Source: Wallemia ichthyophaga EXF-994
Taxonomy: Eukaryota > Fungi > Basidiomycota
Reading direction: 5' to 3'
NCBI RefSeq assembly: GCF_000400465.1
Contig: NW_008806277.1
Location: 20,001-268,000, forward strand
DNA: 248,000 bases
Numbering within the stretch: the stretch's first letter is position 1; each line of letters starts with the position of its first letter. The notes below the pieces were generated by a model. It was given only the letters and a program-made list of their open reading frames with translations. It was not told where the DNA came from and did not search any database. The position numbers and the translations under genes are program-made. Below are positions 200,092 to 213,971 of this stretch, piece after piece.

Positions 200092-201693
200092 TGGCTTGCG
200101 ATAATGGTCGTAAAATGTACAGTTTATGTGCAAAAGATTCACATCAACGAATGGTTCTTAACACTATCTTTCGAATGAAGTCTTAGCTCAACACTAACGT
200201 TGTTGAAATCCCATAGGGAACGTCTGGCAAATAATGCTGCTTTCGCGTAGCTTTTCTTTCCAACATGAAGTTGTTTGATGGAAGTTATAGCAGTTTATTT
200301 CGTAATTATGTCTCATTCAGAAAATGAGAGTTTTCACACCTGCTCATCTCGGTATAGTGATCGTTTGATCATTAATAATGTAGCTTTGAATACGACCTTC
200401 ACTTTATTTGGAAACTTACAATGGTTTTGAAAACTTTATATTTCTTACTTTCGTGTCTCATTTCGTTGAAGGCCACCTTTTTAGTGATTACCTGTAGTGG
200501 GCTGAAGCATGAACGTTTACGGTTTTACTAATCACGCTACAAGTACTATTGCTTAATGTTTCTGTATTTTGTTGGTCTCAGGTGATTTGCGATCTGTAGT
200601 TTTATTAGATGTAATCATTTTATCTTCAGCTGTAATTGTACCGTAAGCTAGCCTTCCAACCGTTTTTACTTTGAAACGATGTATGATACTATCAGAATTT
200701 GTATTTAATCATGAGCTTTTCTGAATTAAAACTCGGTGGGCTACACTTTGTAATTGCTATTGGGTTGGTCTAGCTTTTTATCTAGCGGTTAGCCAAATTA
200801 GAAATGTTATGTTGAGCAACCCCAACGTTTTCCAATGTTGCACCCTTAAAGTCTACTAGTGTGCATCTCCCAAATTGAACAATGAATAAGTCAGTTTTAA
200901 AATATTATAGTCAGTTTCTTTTGATATTCTCTATAATTGGACCTGAAATTCAATCGTGACTCGCCCTCAAAGGTTCTACGTAACGACTTGATCTCTAATG
201001 TGTATATTTGCATACGTTTGTGGTTACATATGGCAAGAGTACATTTTGTTCATCTGTTTATCATTAAGTAATTCTTATAACTGTGATGAGGAAGCATCTC
201101 GCCCAGAAAAGACAATTCCCCGTATGTTTCAATCGCAGTGATAGTCTTTCAAATACAAACCGATCTCTTCTGTTGAGAGTAAACTACTTTTAAACCTGTG
201201 TTACACTTAGCTTCCTCTTTCGATCATTAATTCGGTGGTGATTATAAACTAGCGACGAGCTAAGGATCAATAGATCCAGCAGTAGCTGTGTCAGATACCT
201301 TAACGGCTTGTTATTTGGCTCTTTTCTACAATTTGGCCCTTCAATCTGGCTAATCTATCTATGCACAAGCCAAATAAACACGCTCAACTCAAAACAAGAC
201401 AAATATCAAATTAATCTCATCACATACAATTTCATAAGGATCTGCGAGTTTTGTTAGGGCCTGGTTAATACTCATGTTGAATCAGATTATTTCCCATTCG
201501 GGCCTTATCTATCCTGAAATATTACATTCCAAATTACTGAAAAGTTTGATAATTACACTCTTTATCAGTGTAATGCGATTTTCGACTTTATACAAGACGA
201601 AAGGGCCACATAGATGTCGAGTCAGGTCACTTTTCATTTGCCTTTTATAGTGACCTAACCTTTTGTACTCATTTTGTGATATTCATAGCGGTG
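200092..201693 (-). repeat. Inverted repeat right arm (~1.6 kb)
   Basis: e.g. 201661 ttttgtactcattttgtgatattcatagcggtg is the reverse complement of 197409. Confidence 0.95.
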
Positions 201694-204132
201694 TAATTTT
201701 CCTACTGATGAATGCTTAATGTGACTTTAGTTCACACAAAGACCTCTTGTTACACTCTTCCTGTTGCTAAAATCTTAACTAACTCTTTCTTCAGACATGA
201801 AACATTAATGCCATCATGCATTAGGGGGTTCCTTACCTGAGAGATTTCTGTAACTCTTTAGTAGGGCTATCACTCCCTGAACCCCAATCGCGTTCGAAGT
201901 TGTAGAAGTAAGTTCGTACTTTTCGATCTTTTCTTTGTACGTGTTGTTTGGTACCAGTTCTTGGTATGATTACGATACGTGTACAAAAGTTATGAATTTC
202001 AAAATGTCATTTTCGTACGCCGTAAAATATATCGAAGGTATTCGACCTGACAAAATATAAAGTGGATACCGATTGATAGTTTCATTTAAATGAATTTTTA
202101 TTCGATAATAATTATAATTCTCATTGTATTCCAGGGAGCACAGCACGATATAGTACCCGTACTTTTCGTACAGTGAGATCGAAATGCGTACAAAGTTAAC
202201 GTCTACGGTATGAGTACAAAATTAAATAATCTGTATGAGTGCAACATTACAGAATGTTTATTAATTTGTACAATTCAATTAAAGCCAATGATGAGCTGCA
202301 CCAGAGTCGAACTTGCTTCACGTACGAAATTACGTTTAGTGATAGCACTACTGTTCAGTAGCACTGTATTGCAGTTCCCTAAACTCTTTGAAAATGCTTG
202401 TAAGGATTCTAAACGTAGTCTGTGTATCAATAAGAAGCTTCGATGTTTGAAGTCAATGCCTCGTCGAGATTACTTAGGGTGTAAAACTGCAGATTGCTGC
202501 GCCAAATAATTTACGTATTGGACTTAAAGTTCTAAGTTATTGATCTTCGTAATGTAATCTAATGCCTTGTCCCTTTCCTACTACCTATGAAGAGCAAAAC
202601 CCGGGTTTCACGTACAAATTTCGCTGTCAAGCCTGTGCTTTTTAAGTTACTGTGTTAACTGAGCTGTTCAACGAAGGTTAATGTATCTGCTGATTCGTCA
202701 GCTATAAGCTTGTATGCATGCGTAGCTTGTTCGCGCAAGTGGCGTCTTTTTTTTCTCTTGTTCCGATTTGTTTAAGCGTTCTTTGCGAGTGATATCACTA
202801 GGCGTGTCTGGAACTTTCTGCGTAATTTCGCCCAACAGTCTAATCCATGTAATCGAAACAAGTCTCAGATTTCTATTCGTATCGGGTTTCTTGCACGATT
202901 ATCCTCTGTTTATGAGAATAAAACATCAGGCCCAAAGCCATTCTCTTCTTCCCACTTTTCAGTTTACCTTAGCCTACAATTTTTAGTACTTTTTAACAAG
203001 TGCATGTCTGTAAGGTTCTAGGAAAGTCTTGACATGTTTTCAAGTTAACTCTCTTTTCTGTGCATGACTTGGTCTGGACATATTTTAGTAGCACGCTGCT
203101 GCTTTGGATGCTTTGAAGGTCTTACGTTAGTACCTATAGCTAGATATAGTATTACATTGATGGGTGGTGGGGACACATTTTAATGCAATGATTATTTCCT
203201 ACACCATGCTTTCTTCAGACATAGCACCCACTACTATAATTCATGTAATTCTTAAGTTTTTGTTGGTATCACTTAATGTTTTGATTCCATTACACAGAAA
203301 CGATTTAACAAATTGTCTAAGTTCCATATTGCTGTGTTGAGGAATTGCTTGTACAGCGATAAAACAGATAGAACAAATTTAATAAGTGAGATTAATCTGA
203401 AGTATGTCATGAGGAAAGGCGTGTTTGTACAGTAAATGTGAATTGTAGAACTCCATGCTTCAGTTTAGACTGGTGGAAGGGTAATATGAAGAAAGTTAGA
203501 CGTGAGGTGGCGCATGTGGAGTGCCAAAAGCCTAGCAGCAAGAGGAATACCATCCATCGTGCTTCTTTTTGTTACCGCGTCTTATAATATATTTTTGACT
203601 CTTGCTTAGTTTGTATAAAATACATCTCAACAATTTGCAGAATGTGTCGGGCCCAGCGGTGTTCCCTTCCGGTCGGTTTTCAGTACACCCTGACCTAATG
203701 CACGCATCTCAAAATGTGGTCTTTTGCTGATTCCTGATTTCAGAGAATGCAACAGGCGCAATCGGCTCTCACTTTTGGTCACGTTCTAGTTTTTCTAAGT
203801 ACCGGTTTCATGAATATCATGATAGATTACCTTTAGCGCAATCTTGGACGGCACAAACAAGCCTAAATGAGATAACTACCTTGATGACAACATAATGCAG
203901 AGAAAGATATGTTCAATATCAGTACTCTCATATTAATTCGCAACCTTTATGCTTGTCGTATCGAGACTGTTGAGCAATTGAATAGGCTTGAATTGAGATT
204001 TTATCTTATTTTATAAATTCGTTAGTAATTATGCGATGGGTGGGTGGGTGTAGCGATCAATACCAGCTGCGGACGGTCGTATAGTCTAGAAATTTTTTAG
204101 GATGAGACAATGAATCATATCTCGATAACTAT

Positions 204133-205235
204133 CTATTTAAAATAATCCGGTAATATGTAGGACAGTTTCTCTTTCGACTCCTTCGTGAATTTGTCTTTGG
204201 ATGTAACAATGCTAAATTGCATGGAGCCATTCTGGGAAGGAATCTTGTTGGCTGATATTGCATCATGAACATGTTGCAAAACATTTTGGGCCACGAATTT
204301 TGAGTTTTCAGCGTTAGTGGTTAAAGTTTTGATCACTTCAGCGACTGTTACAGGCTCTTCATTCATTCTCCATGCATCATAGTCTGTTGATGTGCAGATG
204401 AGCGAGTACCCTAATTCTGCCTCTTTAGCCAATTTGGCTTCAGGAATAACGGACATATTAATAATATCAGCTCCTAATTGTCTGTACATCCTAGATTCGG
204501 CACGAGTAGAGAACTGAGGACCCTCCATACAAACTAGTGTAGAGTCGCGATCACCATGGTTAGTATGCAGATTCAAACCTGATGGTAAAACTTGCTTGAC
204601 AAGTGGGGCAATAAAAGACGATAGCTCAGTAGTAAAGGGTTCACCAAACATAGCATGGGCAACTACTCCCTGATTCAATCCAAAGTAAGTATGCTGTCTA
204701 ATGGACTTTGTGCGATCGATGACCTGGTTCGGAATAATGAAGTCACCTGGCTTGATCTCCTCTCTGAGAGAACCCACAGCAGAAAAGGCAACAATGGCCT
204801 TAACGCCTACGTGTTTCAAAGCAGCAATGTTAGCTTGACCATTAACTTCAGATGGAGTAATGGAGTGATTGATGCCATGCCTAGCGATGAAAGCAATCTG
204901 AGCTCCTGACGGAAGAGCAAGAATCATTACATTTGAGCTTGGTCTACCCCAAGGCTAGGAGAGAAATAAGAAGGCTGGAGAAAGGAGAAGAAGAGACTAA
205001 CTGTTTGAACACCGACATCCTTGACATGCTTCAAACTGTCAAGCTTGTAGAATCCGCTGTAATCTTGGTTAGAAAATTATGGAGTATAACGGGACAAACC
205101 TTCCACCTGTAAGAGAAATGCTTGAGTACAGGCAGAAACATAAGCAGAAGTAGGGAATTACCAATAACACCAATTAAAGGATCTAAAATATGTAAGCTTA
205201 GCTTAGTTTCCAAACACCGCCAACTCACTCGTCAT
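204133..205235 (-). CDS. MEU1: Methylthioadenosine phosphorylase
   Basis: [23 protein letters not shown]. Confidence 0.93.
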
Positions 205236-205262
205236 CGTCGTTTTGATACGGTCACGCTCAGG

Positions 205263-206660
205263 ATGGATAAGAAAATAGATATTTCAACAGATAGCAAAAA
205301 TCAGAGTAAACTTTCGTCTGCAGGTGAGCAGCACCACAATAAACAATTTATAGCGACTAACTTATCTAAGGTCTATCCGTTGTAAGCTATTGTCTTGCGT
205401 CGATAGCGATGACAGTAAGTAGAGGTGTACCTCAATCACGGCCTTGTTGAAGCACATTGATATTAGGTAATAAACAGTAAGCTGGTTATCCTGTGTCTTC
205501 CTAACTGACCTTGGATAGAATATATTGTGTCTGGCAGAGGCTTTGACATGAATTTATTGTTATTAGCTATACAGTCTATAGTTTCGATATCATTAGTGTC
205601 TGGTTTGAAGTCGTTGAATGTCATCAACTTCCGAAACTTCAATTGGTCAGATACCAAGTCCTGGTTTCCAGTTAGCTTTCTTTTAGCTGTCGTCATTTAC
205701 ACCGGCTCCAAGTCACTGCAGCATCTTCAAATACCAGTTTATACCATTTTCAAGAACCTAACAATCATCCTCATTGCATACGGTGAAACTTTGTGGTTTG
205801 GCGGTTCGATCTCGAAGCTAACCTTCTTTTCATTTCTTTTGATGGTCCTATCTTCTCTGGTAGCTGCATCGGATGATATTGTCAGCGCCTTTTCACATGT
205901 CGAGTCACCTGGTTCGGCCAATGGATACTGCTGGATGCTTACAAATTGTCTCTCTAGCGCTGCATATGTGAGCATCCAGATTTCAACTCTGTATCAGCTG
206001 ACGGATGCCTTAAGGTCCTCTTGATGAGGAAGAGAATAAAAGTTACCGCTTTCAAAGATTGGGATTCAATGGCGTGGGTTTGAATGGAAACTGATTCATT
206101 GTTGCTAATAGTTTTAAGATACAATAACGCTCTCTCAGTTCCTTTGCTCGTATTTGCGTCGCTGGTCAAAGAAGACTGGTCGTTAGAGTCGCTAGAGAAA
206201 AATTTCCCACCTTCAAACAGACACTTATTGTTGTCGACGATAGTATTTTCTGGAGCAGCAGCAGTTAGTTAAGACTACGATCTACTTGAAGCGAGCTAAA
206301 AATATCTACAGGTAGGGATTAGTTATACAACAGCTTGGTGCGTGCGTACAACGTCCTCAACAACTTACTCGTTCGTGAAGCTTTTGACGTTTAACTTTTC
206401 TGATAAGTTGTATAGCATGGTAGGAGCATTGAACAAATTGCCAGTCGCGGCATCTGGGTTGATATTCTTGTGTGTTTTACGTTTTACAAGAAGGATAATA
206501 AGCTAACATAAACATTCAGTAACGATCCAGCTACACCGAAGTCCATATCAGCCATAGCGATTGGATTCGTTGCCGGGGTAATGTATACAATAGCGAAGCA
206601 AAATCAAACGAGGATAGGAGCGCAAAAGCAAAACAGTTATATACCTCTAACGAGCAATAA
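205263..206660 (+). CDS. VRG4: GDP-mannose transporter
   Basis: [10 protein letters not shown], (G)ALNK motif. Confidence 0.92.
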
Positions 206661-206796
206661 CAACAAATAAATTGAAATAGCATCGATAAATTTTTTTTAA
206701 TGCACTTGAATAATTTCGCGGATTGAAGGCTGCCATTACAAAACCAAATAAAGTGAGTAGAGAGGATTGAAGAGTAATCATCTGACGAAAGTAAGG

Positions 206797-207394
206797 ATGT
206801 CAATTGAGGAAATCCAAGAAAACGTAGAGAACCTTAACTTCAGCGAACCAGGTCCTTCAAACGCAGCTACACAGAGTCGTGCAGAGAAGAAGGCCAGACA
206901 AGCGCTTCAAGGTCATGGATTGAAAAAGGTCCCAGGTGTCACCAGAGTCGTTCTCAGACGCTCACGTAATGTCATGCTCGTAGCATCGAACCCAGAAGTG
207001 CACACGGCACCAGGCTCAGGTATCCACATAGTGAGTTGCTGTCAAAATGAAGTAAAAAAAGATTACTGACGAGGATTAGGTCTTTGGTGAATTTAAGGTG
207101 GAAGACCCAAGCCAATTACAAGCCGCACAAGGAGAAGCTCCAGAAGGCCAAGACAAGTCAGAATCAAAGAAGCCAGAAGAGATCATGTCAGAAATGGACA
207201 CCCAAGCGGCAAACATTTCTGAAGCAAAGGGCAAAGACGTTGAAGACGAAGGAGAAGTAGATGAAACTGGCGTCGACGCTAAAGATATCGAGCTCGTTAC
207301 TGCACAAGTAGGCTGCACACGCGCTAAAGCAGTAAAGTCGCTCAAGGAGAAGAATGGGGATTTGATTAACGCCATAATGGCAGCCTCCGACTAA
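206797..207394 (+). CDS. EGD2: NAC alpha
   Basis: [25 protein letters not shown]. Confidence 0.93.
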
Positions 207395-207536
207395 GGACAA
207401 AATTTTGACAGTACATATCGAAAAACAATGTTTATTTAGAAATAAATGAATTTAAAATAAAAAGAAGAGAGTGTGAATATTTGAATAGATATGCATTCCA
207501 AACTAAATAATTCAACATTCATAACTCCGTACTGAC

Positions 207537-208911
207537 ATGAGGCGGTCAGTGCTTGACGTTCTTGGACCAAATCATCATGGTGCAATCCATCTCAGAAGCT
207601 GAATCTATTGGCATACTCAACCTGCCAAATCAGCGCCATAAGAGTAATTCCTTTCTCTGTGTCCGTCATGCCCAGCTAACGCTCTCTAGTTGGTTAGTTG
207701 CCAGGTCATCACGCTAACAAACCAATTAACTGTACCGTAGTCGCAAAGCGTGGTGGACATTTCACTATAATGGTCGTCGGTGAATCTGGCCTCGGAAAGG
207801 TTAGTAGAATTGTACGTGACACGCTTTTCTAATCACGACTATCAGTCTACACTCATCAACACACTCTTTTCCACTGAGCTTTCCGCTAAGAAGGATTACC
207901 GTCGCCGCCACGCCAAGCAGCTCGACAAAACTACTGAGATTGAGATTATCAAAGCGTACGTTTATTTATGTCTTAGATATGTCTCTGACGTGCTTTAGTG
208001 AATTGGAAGAGAAGCAATTTAAGGTTAAGCTCACTGTCATCGATACCCCTGGCTTCGGTGATTACGTTAACAACCGTGATAGCTGGTCTCCAATTATTGA
208101 TTTCATTGATGATCAGCATGAGTCTTATATGCGTCAAGAGCAACAGCCAAACCGTCAGGAAAAATCTGATATGAGGGTACACGCTTGTTTGTACTTTGTT
208201 CGTCCAACTGGCCACACACTTAAGCCACTGGACATCGAAATCATGAAGAGACTTGGTACGCGTGTCAACCTTGTTCCAGTAATCGCAAAGGCAGATACCC
208301 TTACTCAGGCTGATTTACAGTCATTTAAGAAGCGCATCTGGGAGGTCATTCACGCTCAAGGTATCAAGATATATCAACCACCTGTTGAATCTGACGATGA
208401 AGGCAACCAACAACACGTTCAAGACCTCATTGACTCTTTGCCATTCTCAATCATTGGCTCAACTGAGGATGTGAAGAATGGTGAAGGAAAGCTTGTGAAA
208501 GGAAGACAATACTTATGGGGTGTGGCTGAGGTTGAGAACGAGCAGCACTGTGACTTTAGAAAGTTAAGACAGCTCCTCGTTAGGACGCACATGCTTGATC
208601 TGATCAATACCACTGAAGAAACGCACTATGAGCACTACAGACAAGCACAAATGGAAACGAGGAAATTTGGAGAACCAAAACCAAAGAAGCTTGACAACCC
208701 AAAGTTCAAAGAAGAAGAGGAAGCTCTCAGAAAGAGATTTACTGAACAAGTTAAGTTGGAGGAAGGCAGATTTAGGCAGTGGGAGCATCACTTGATGGCT
208801 GAGAGAGACAGATTGAACAAGGATCTCGAAACTTCTCATGGACAAATCAAATCAATTGAGTCAGAGTTGGATGCAATACAAATTGGCTATGGCCGCTCAC
208901 AACGCCGTTAA
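207537..208911 (+). CDS. CDC12: Septin Cdc12
   Basis: GESGLGK, DTPGFGD, C-terminal coiled coil. Confidence 0.9.
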
Positions 208912-209214
208912 CGATTGACTTGAATACCCATTTACACTGATGAACAATCAAGATGAATATAATTTTACATTTCTTAATAAATTTATAAGTAATACATGAT
209001 ATGGGTTTATGTTTAGTTTTCTTTGGGTTTTGGTATATCGCTGTGCCTGTCACGCTGATAGCAGTCTTAGCCCTATCTAGACAGAGGAATGGAGGGAAAA
209101 CTGTTAATAAATCACAATCAAATAAATTTAGATTTTAGTAATTAAACTGCTATAAAAAAAGTTACCCAATTCGACTCGCACTCTTTCGTCAGTACCACCA
209201 CCGAGCGAGCTAAA

Positions 209215-211910
209215 ATGGAGGAATAGTGAGTGTATCGGCTTGTGATTCTTATTCTAATAAATTCATAGTGCACCGCTTACACCAACATCAATCCCTTCGC
209301 CCACAACTTCCTCAAAGGAGTTATACAACTACGGCTTACAGTACCCTCCCACTCCCAAACAACACAAGTCAAATTGCTTGCCAGAATCCTCTAATCATGC
209401 TGCCACCTTAAATTCATCTAATCCACCTTTGTTGAAGCTCCTTGGTATTCCACAAACAGGTGCTAAATCTAGAGTCGAGACTCAAATCAAGATCATTCTC
209501 CAGCTTGAGAACATTCCCAATAATCAATGGAACTTTATCAGACTTCCCTATGGCTCAGCTTCGAAAAAGAGATCTAAGAGAGGTGCACCAATGCCTTACG
209601 ATGTACCTAGGCACAATACCCTCTATCTGGAAACCCAAGTCAACTGTGCAACTGCTCCTTATTGTCCCGTCTATGCTTGTTCTCCTTGCAAAGAACGTGA
209701 AAAGAAGCGTTTCCAGCGTAAACGTGATGCTAGAAGACGTCCAAGATCGAAATCTGATGATGAAGGTCAAGACGACGCTCTACTCAATTCCGCTCCCTTA
209801 CCCGTTAAAGATCAATGGGAGCGTAATAAGATTACACTCTTCAATTGTGGTGAACTTGTCCCTCTCAGTGAGGATATCGCTTATGAAGGTGCTCAACCAT
209901 TGCCAACCGCTGTTCTTCCAACGCGCGTCACTTGTTACTGTAGGCATCACCGTGAAAAGACCGGTTTTACAATAGGCTTTACCCTCAAGCAACACGATGG
210001 CAGCGTTGTTGCATCAAACAAATCACCACCGATTATGATCACGGATGATCACAAGACCTCAACAGGTAAAACGTCTAATTACGGTGAGCAAAGCTCAATC
210101 AAATGTCGCAACCCATTGAAATCTACAAGAGGTATCAAAGATGACGCTCTACTTGCTCAATCCGATACCAATGACAGAAAACCTTATACGAGAAATACTA
210201 GAAGGCAAAACTCACCTTTGGAGATAAATCTCGCCAATAGTTCTAGTCAATCATTCGTATCACCATCTGATTACTCAATGAAGAATGCCCTCAACACCAC
210301 TCCCTCAACAACCCCCAGTCCACCCAGGAGCATCAAAAAGTCTTTGATAGGAGACCTTGAAGGCTCAGCAGGCTTACCCAAAACCTTGGAAGAGTCTCTC
210401 GTCAAGTTTGAACATACTGATGAGCTCGAGACGTATTTGACGTCTAGCTTGAGTGTGCAATCACCTATACAGTTGAATGATTCAGCTAATACGTTAGATG
210501 AATCCAATTCGAAAGGCAACAATCCAACGTTTGATTCAGAAGTAGATAAATACATCGAAAGTTCTTGGGTGGATGATGGTATTAGCAGAAACGAAAGCAT
210601 TAATATATACAATGGTCCGAAAATTTCTAGAGTTGTACCATTTGAGGGACCTACAAGGGGTGGTACAGAGATTACAATCCTCGGTCAACACTTTCCCGAT
210701 GGGTTGACTGTATACTTCGGTTCAAATGCTGCATCTAGGGTCACGAGATGGGGAGAATGTACACTAGTATGTTTGTTGCCGCCTTCGTCCAAGCCTGGGA
210801 CTGTAAGCGTCTCATTAAGAGGATATAATACGAGCGATGAACAACATGGAGACAATCCATTGACTTTCACGTACATCGATGAATCGGATAAAGCTTTAGT
210901 TAGTCCCTTCTCTTTCACGTATTTCAAAGCTGACAATCACCTAGATGGAGCTCGCCTTAAAAGTTCTTGGTTACAATCTCACAGGTAAATATGAGGATGC
211001 AAGAAACGTTGCAATGAGAATCGTGGGAACCGAGAATGGCGAAGGGCAAGTGGATGATAAAGCAAGCAATACTTTGAGTGCCACCAACTTTGATCTTGAA
211101 GCATTCACAATTAATGCGCTACGATTGCTCGATTACAGACAGAACGTCGATAGTTTAAACCTTCTCAATAAACAAAGACAGACGATACTACATTTATCCT
211201 GTCAATTGTCAATGGTGGAACTGACTCAAAGCCTGATTGAATGTGGTGCAGATGTAAACGCAAGGGACATCAATGGATTCACACCGTTGCATTTCGCTTA
211301 CATCAGTAAATCTGAGAATTGCGCAAGAATGTTGTATAATAGCGGCGCAGATGTTGAGGTTGTAAACGCTTGCGGTATTTCTGCAAAGGAGCTTGGTGAA
211401 CTTACGTACTCGAATAAGCTCTCGATACAAGACAGTGAAGACGCTGATGACGAAATCAACTTCTCAAGCGCTGAGGACGACTCGTCATTAGATGATAGAG
211501 TAAGTAAAAGCAACTTACTGCAATCAAATGACAGAGGGACGATTAAAGATCTTGAAAAGAAGGATAATGAGGAAGAGATTGGCTACCAAGAGAAGGCACT
211601 TGAAGTGTTTTTAACAAATCTTAGTACAAAGCTAAGTGAAAAGACCGGTTGGAATCCCGCTGGCACCACATCTCGCTTTACTAAAGTGGAAATGGAAGCA
211701 AATGGAGAAAGTCTCGTCGATGAGGAGGATTGGTCAACGAGAGCAAAGAAAAGAGCGCAAAGCGTCGTTGAGGACGTCCGCCTAATGTTGTTTTGGGCAC
211801 CGGTGCTGCTTTTATCCTTGGTTTTCTCGTTCATCTCAATAGCACCGTTCATTAATAGGGTCGGTAACCAACTAGCACCACTACTAGGACTACAAGCAAA
211901 TTCTGAATAA
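209215..211910 (+). CDS. Spt23/Mga2-like membrane-bound transcription factor
   Basis: KSRVETQIK, PIMITDDHK, IPT/TIG, ankyrins, C-terminal TM. Confidence 0.9.
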
Positions 211911-211995
211911 CTTTTCCTGAATTTAATCTGAACATTTTTGTTTTGTTTTTCTTATTTGTTGAATAATGATATATGTACTTTTGTCAAGGATCATC

Positions 211996-213971
211996 ATGAG
212001 AGTTGCTGTGGTTGGATCCGGTATCAGCGGGCTTAGTGCTACATGGGTTAGTTCTATCGGCTGTGACATGAATACAGATTAAATTTGGTATAAAGCTCCT
212101 TAATGAGTATAGTGACGTTGAAGAGGTACACATCTTCGAAGCCAACAACTACTTTGGAGGACACACGAAGTGAGTGCATCGAAAGACGTGTGAGTTTTAA
212201 TCATATTGTGGAATACAGTACCGTGGAATTCAGCAAAGGCGACAACGATAAGAGTGTTGATGTAGATACGTAAGCTTTGCCACAGTGAGGAAAACAAATC
212301 TAAAGCAGATCATCACAGGGGATTCATAGTATTTAAGTGAGAATAGTCACTTAACTTGGTTTCGTATAATAATGGTTGATAGTGAAGTGACGTATCCGAA
212401 TATGATCAAGATGTTAAACTTGAAGGGAGTCCCGATCATTGATTCCGATATGTCATTCTCAGTATCGAGGAACTCCGGCTCTTTTGAATGGTCAGGGTCA
212501 GGTTTGAATGGCTTATTTGCTCAAAAGTCAAACATCTTCAACCTTGATCATTATGCCATGATTTTGTAGGTCCGATGATTATCGATAGCCTTAATTTTGA
212601 CGTCATAAAAGTGATATAGTTCGATTCAATGCGCTGTCTTTGGACTTGCTAGATGAAAAAAACAGTATGTCCGATATTACGATCGGCGATTACCTTAGGA
212701 AGGAGAAGTATTCGGCAGCATTCATTAACAATTACCTCATAGTAAGCTTCTTTTCTCACAACATGCCATTCCCATTAAACATAATTCGTAGCCAATGAGT
212801 GCAGCTATTTGGAGCACACCACCTGATTCTGTAGCTTTAGATGTCGGTGGTGCTTTATCTCTCGTGCTTCCAAGCTAACGATTATCTTAGTTCCCAGCCA
212901 GTACTCTTATTAGATTCATGTTAGTGGCTTTTCAACGGTGAAATCAACTAAATGACGTCAACAGGCACAACCACCATTTACTTCAAATAGCGGACAGAAC
213001 ACAGTGGTTGACGATAAAAGGAGGATCGTAGGTTTGTTTTCATTGTTTTTCAAATAGTTTTAATTAAACGGTTAGTAAATACTACGTTAATGAGATCATC
213101 AAGAATATGAAGGAAGGAACAACACATTTGTCAACACCTATAAGTAGTCTCAGACGTCTACATAATGGGACAGTTGAGCTTTCAACCGCAAACGAAGATA
213201 CATGGTTTTTCGATCACGTCATTCTCGCTACACATGCTGATACTTCTATGTCAATTATCAATGAAGACTTGAGTGAAAAGGAAAAGGGTCTTTTGAGCAA
213301 CTTTAAGTTTTCTAGTAACGAGGCTGTACTTCATTACGATGAGAAGGTGTGCTAATTAGCTCACAGCATACACTTTAACCAAATACTCACAGCTCATGCC
213401 GACAAGAAGAGAAGCATGGACTAGCTGGAACTTTTTGAGCAATGCTGACGAGAAATCTAACGTTAATAATCAAGTTTCATTGTGAGTTGATACTTTTATA
213501 AAGAAATTAGACAATGACAACATTCCAAGAACGTATTGGATGAACTTATTACAAAGTTTGAGTGAAGAGAATTATGGAAATGTTCTAGTAACACTGAATC
213601 CACCACTCGAACCAAGAGAAGATTGTGTTATTGGTAGATGGAGCTATGAACACCCTTTGATAAGCGCTGATGCGGTTCAAGCTCAAGGTCCGATGAATGA
213701 AATACAAGGTAAAGATGGGTTAAGCTTCGCAGGTGCATGGTTGAAATATGGGTTCCATGAGGATGGCTTTATATCAGGTTATAATGCCGTAAAGACAATA
213801 AATGGCTTGACAGTAGCGGCACCATTTGATTTAATTTCACCTGAAAGACAGGTAGATCAGGTTAATGCACAAGTACGATTTATGCTCTACATACTGCAAT
213901 ATCTGAGAATGAACAAGGTGTTGATATCATTTGTAGTGATTATCGCGTCTGTTTACTTGTCAATTGATTAG
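211996..213971 (+). CDS. FAD-dependent amine-oxidase-like protein
   Basis: MRVAVVGSGISGL, GGHT, GAWLKYGFHEDG. Confidence 0.85.

Larger units (their letters stand above)
195576..204132. other. Gene-free AT-rich block; candidate regional centromere
   Basis: 8.5 kb without credible ORFs in an otherwise very gene-dense window. Confidence 0.7.

Noticed and set aside
197409-201693. IR as a DNA transposon or foldback element
   Set aside because: No transposase ORF, no target-site duplication seen, and no other copies in the window. Not fully excluded without a genome-wide search.
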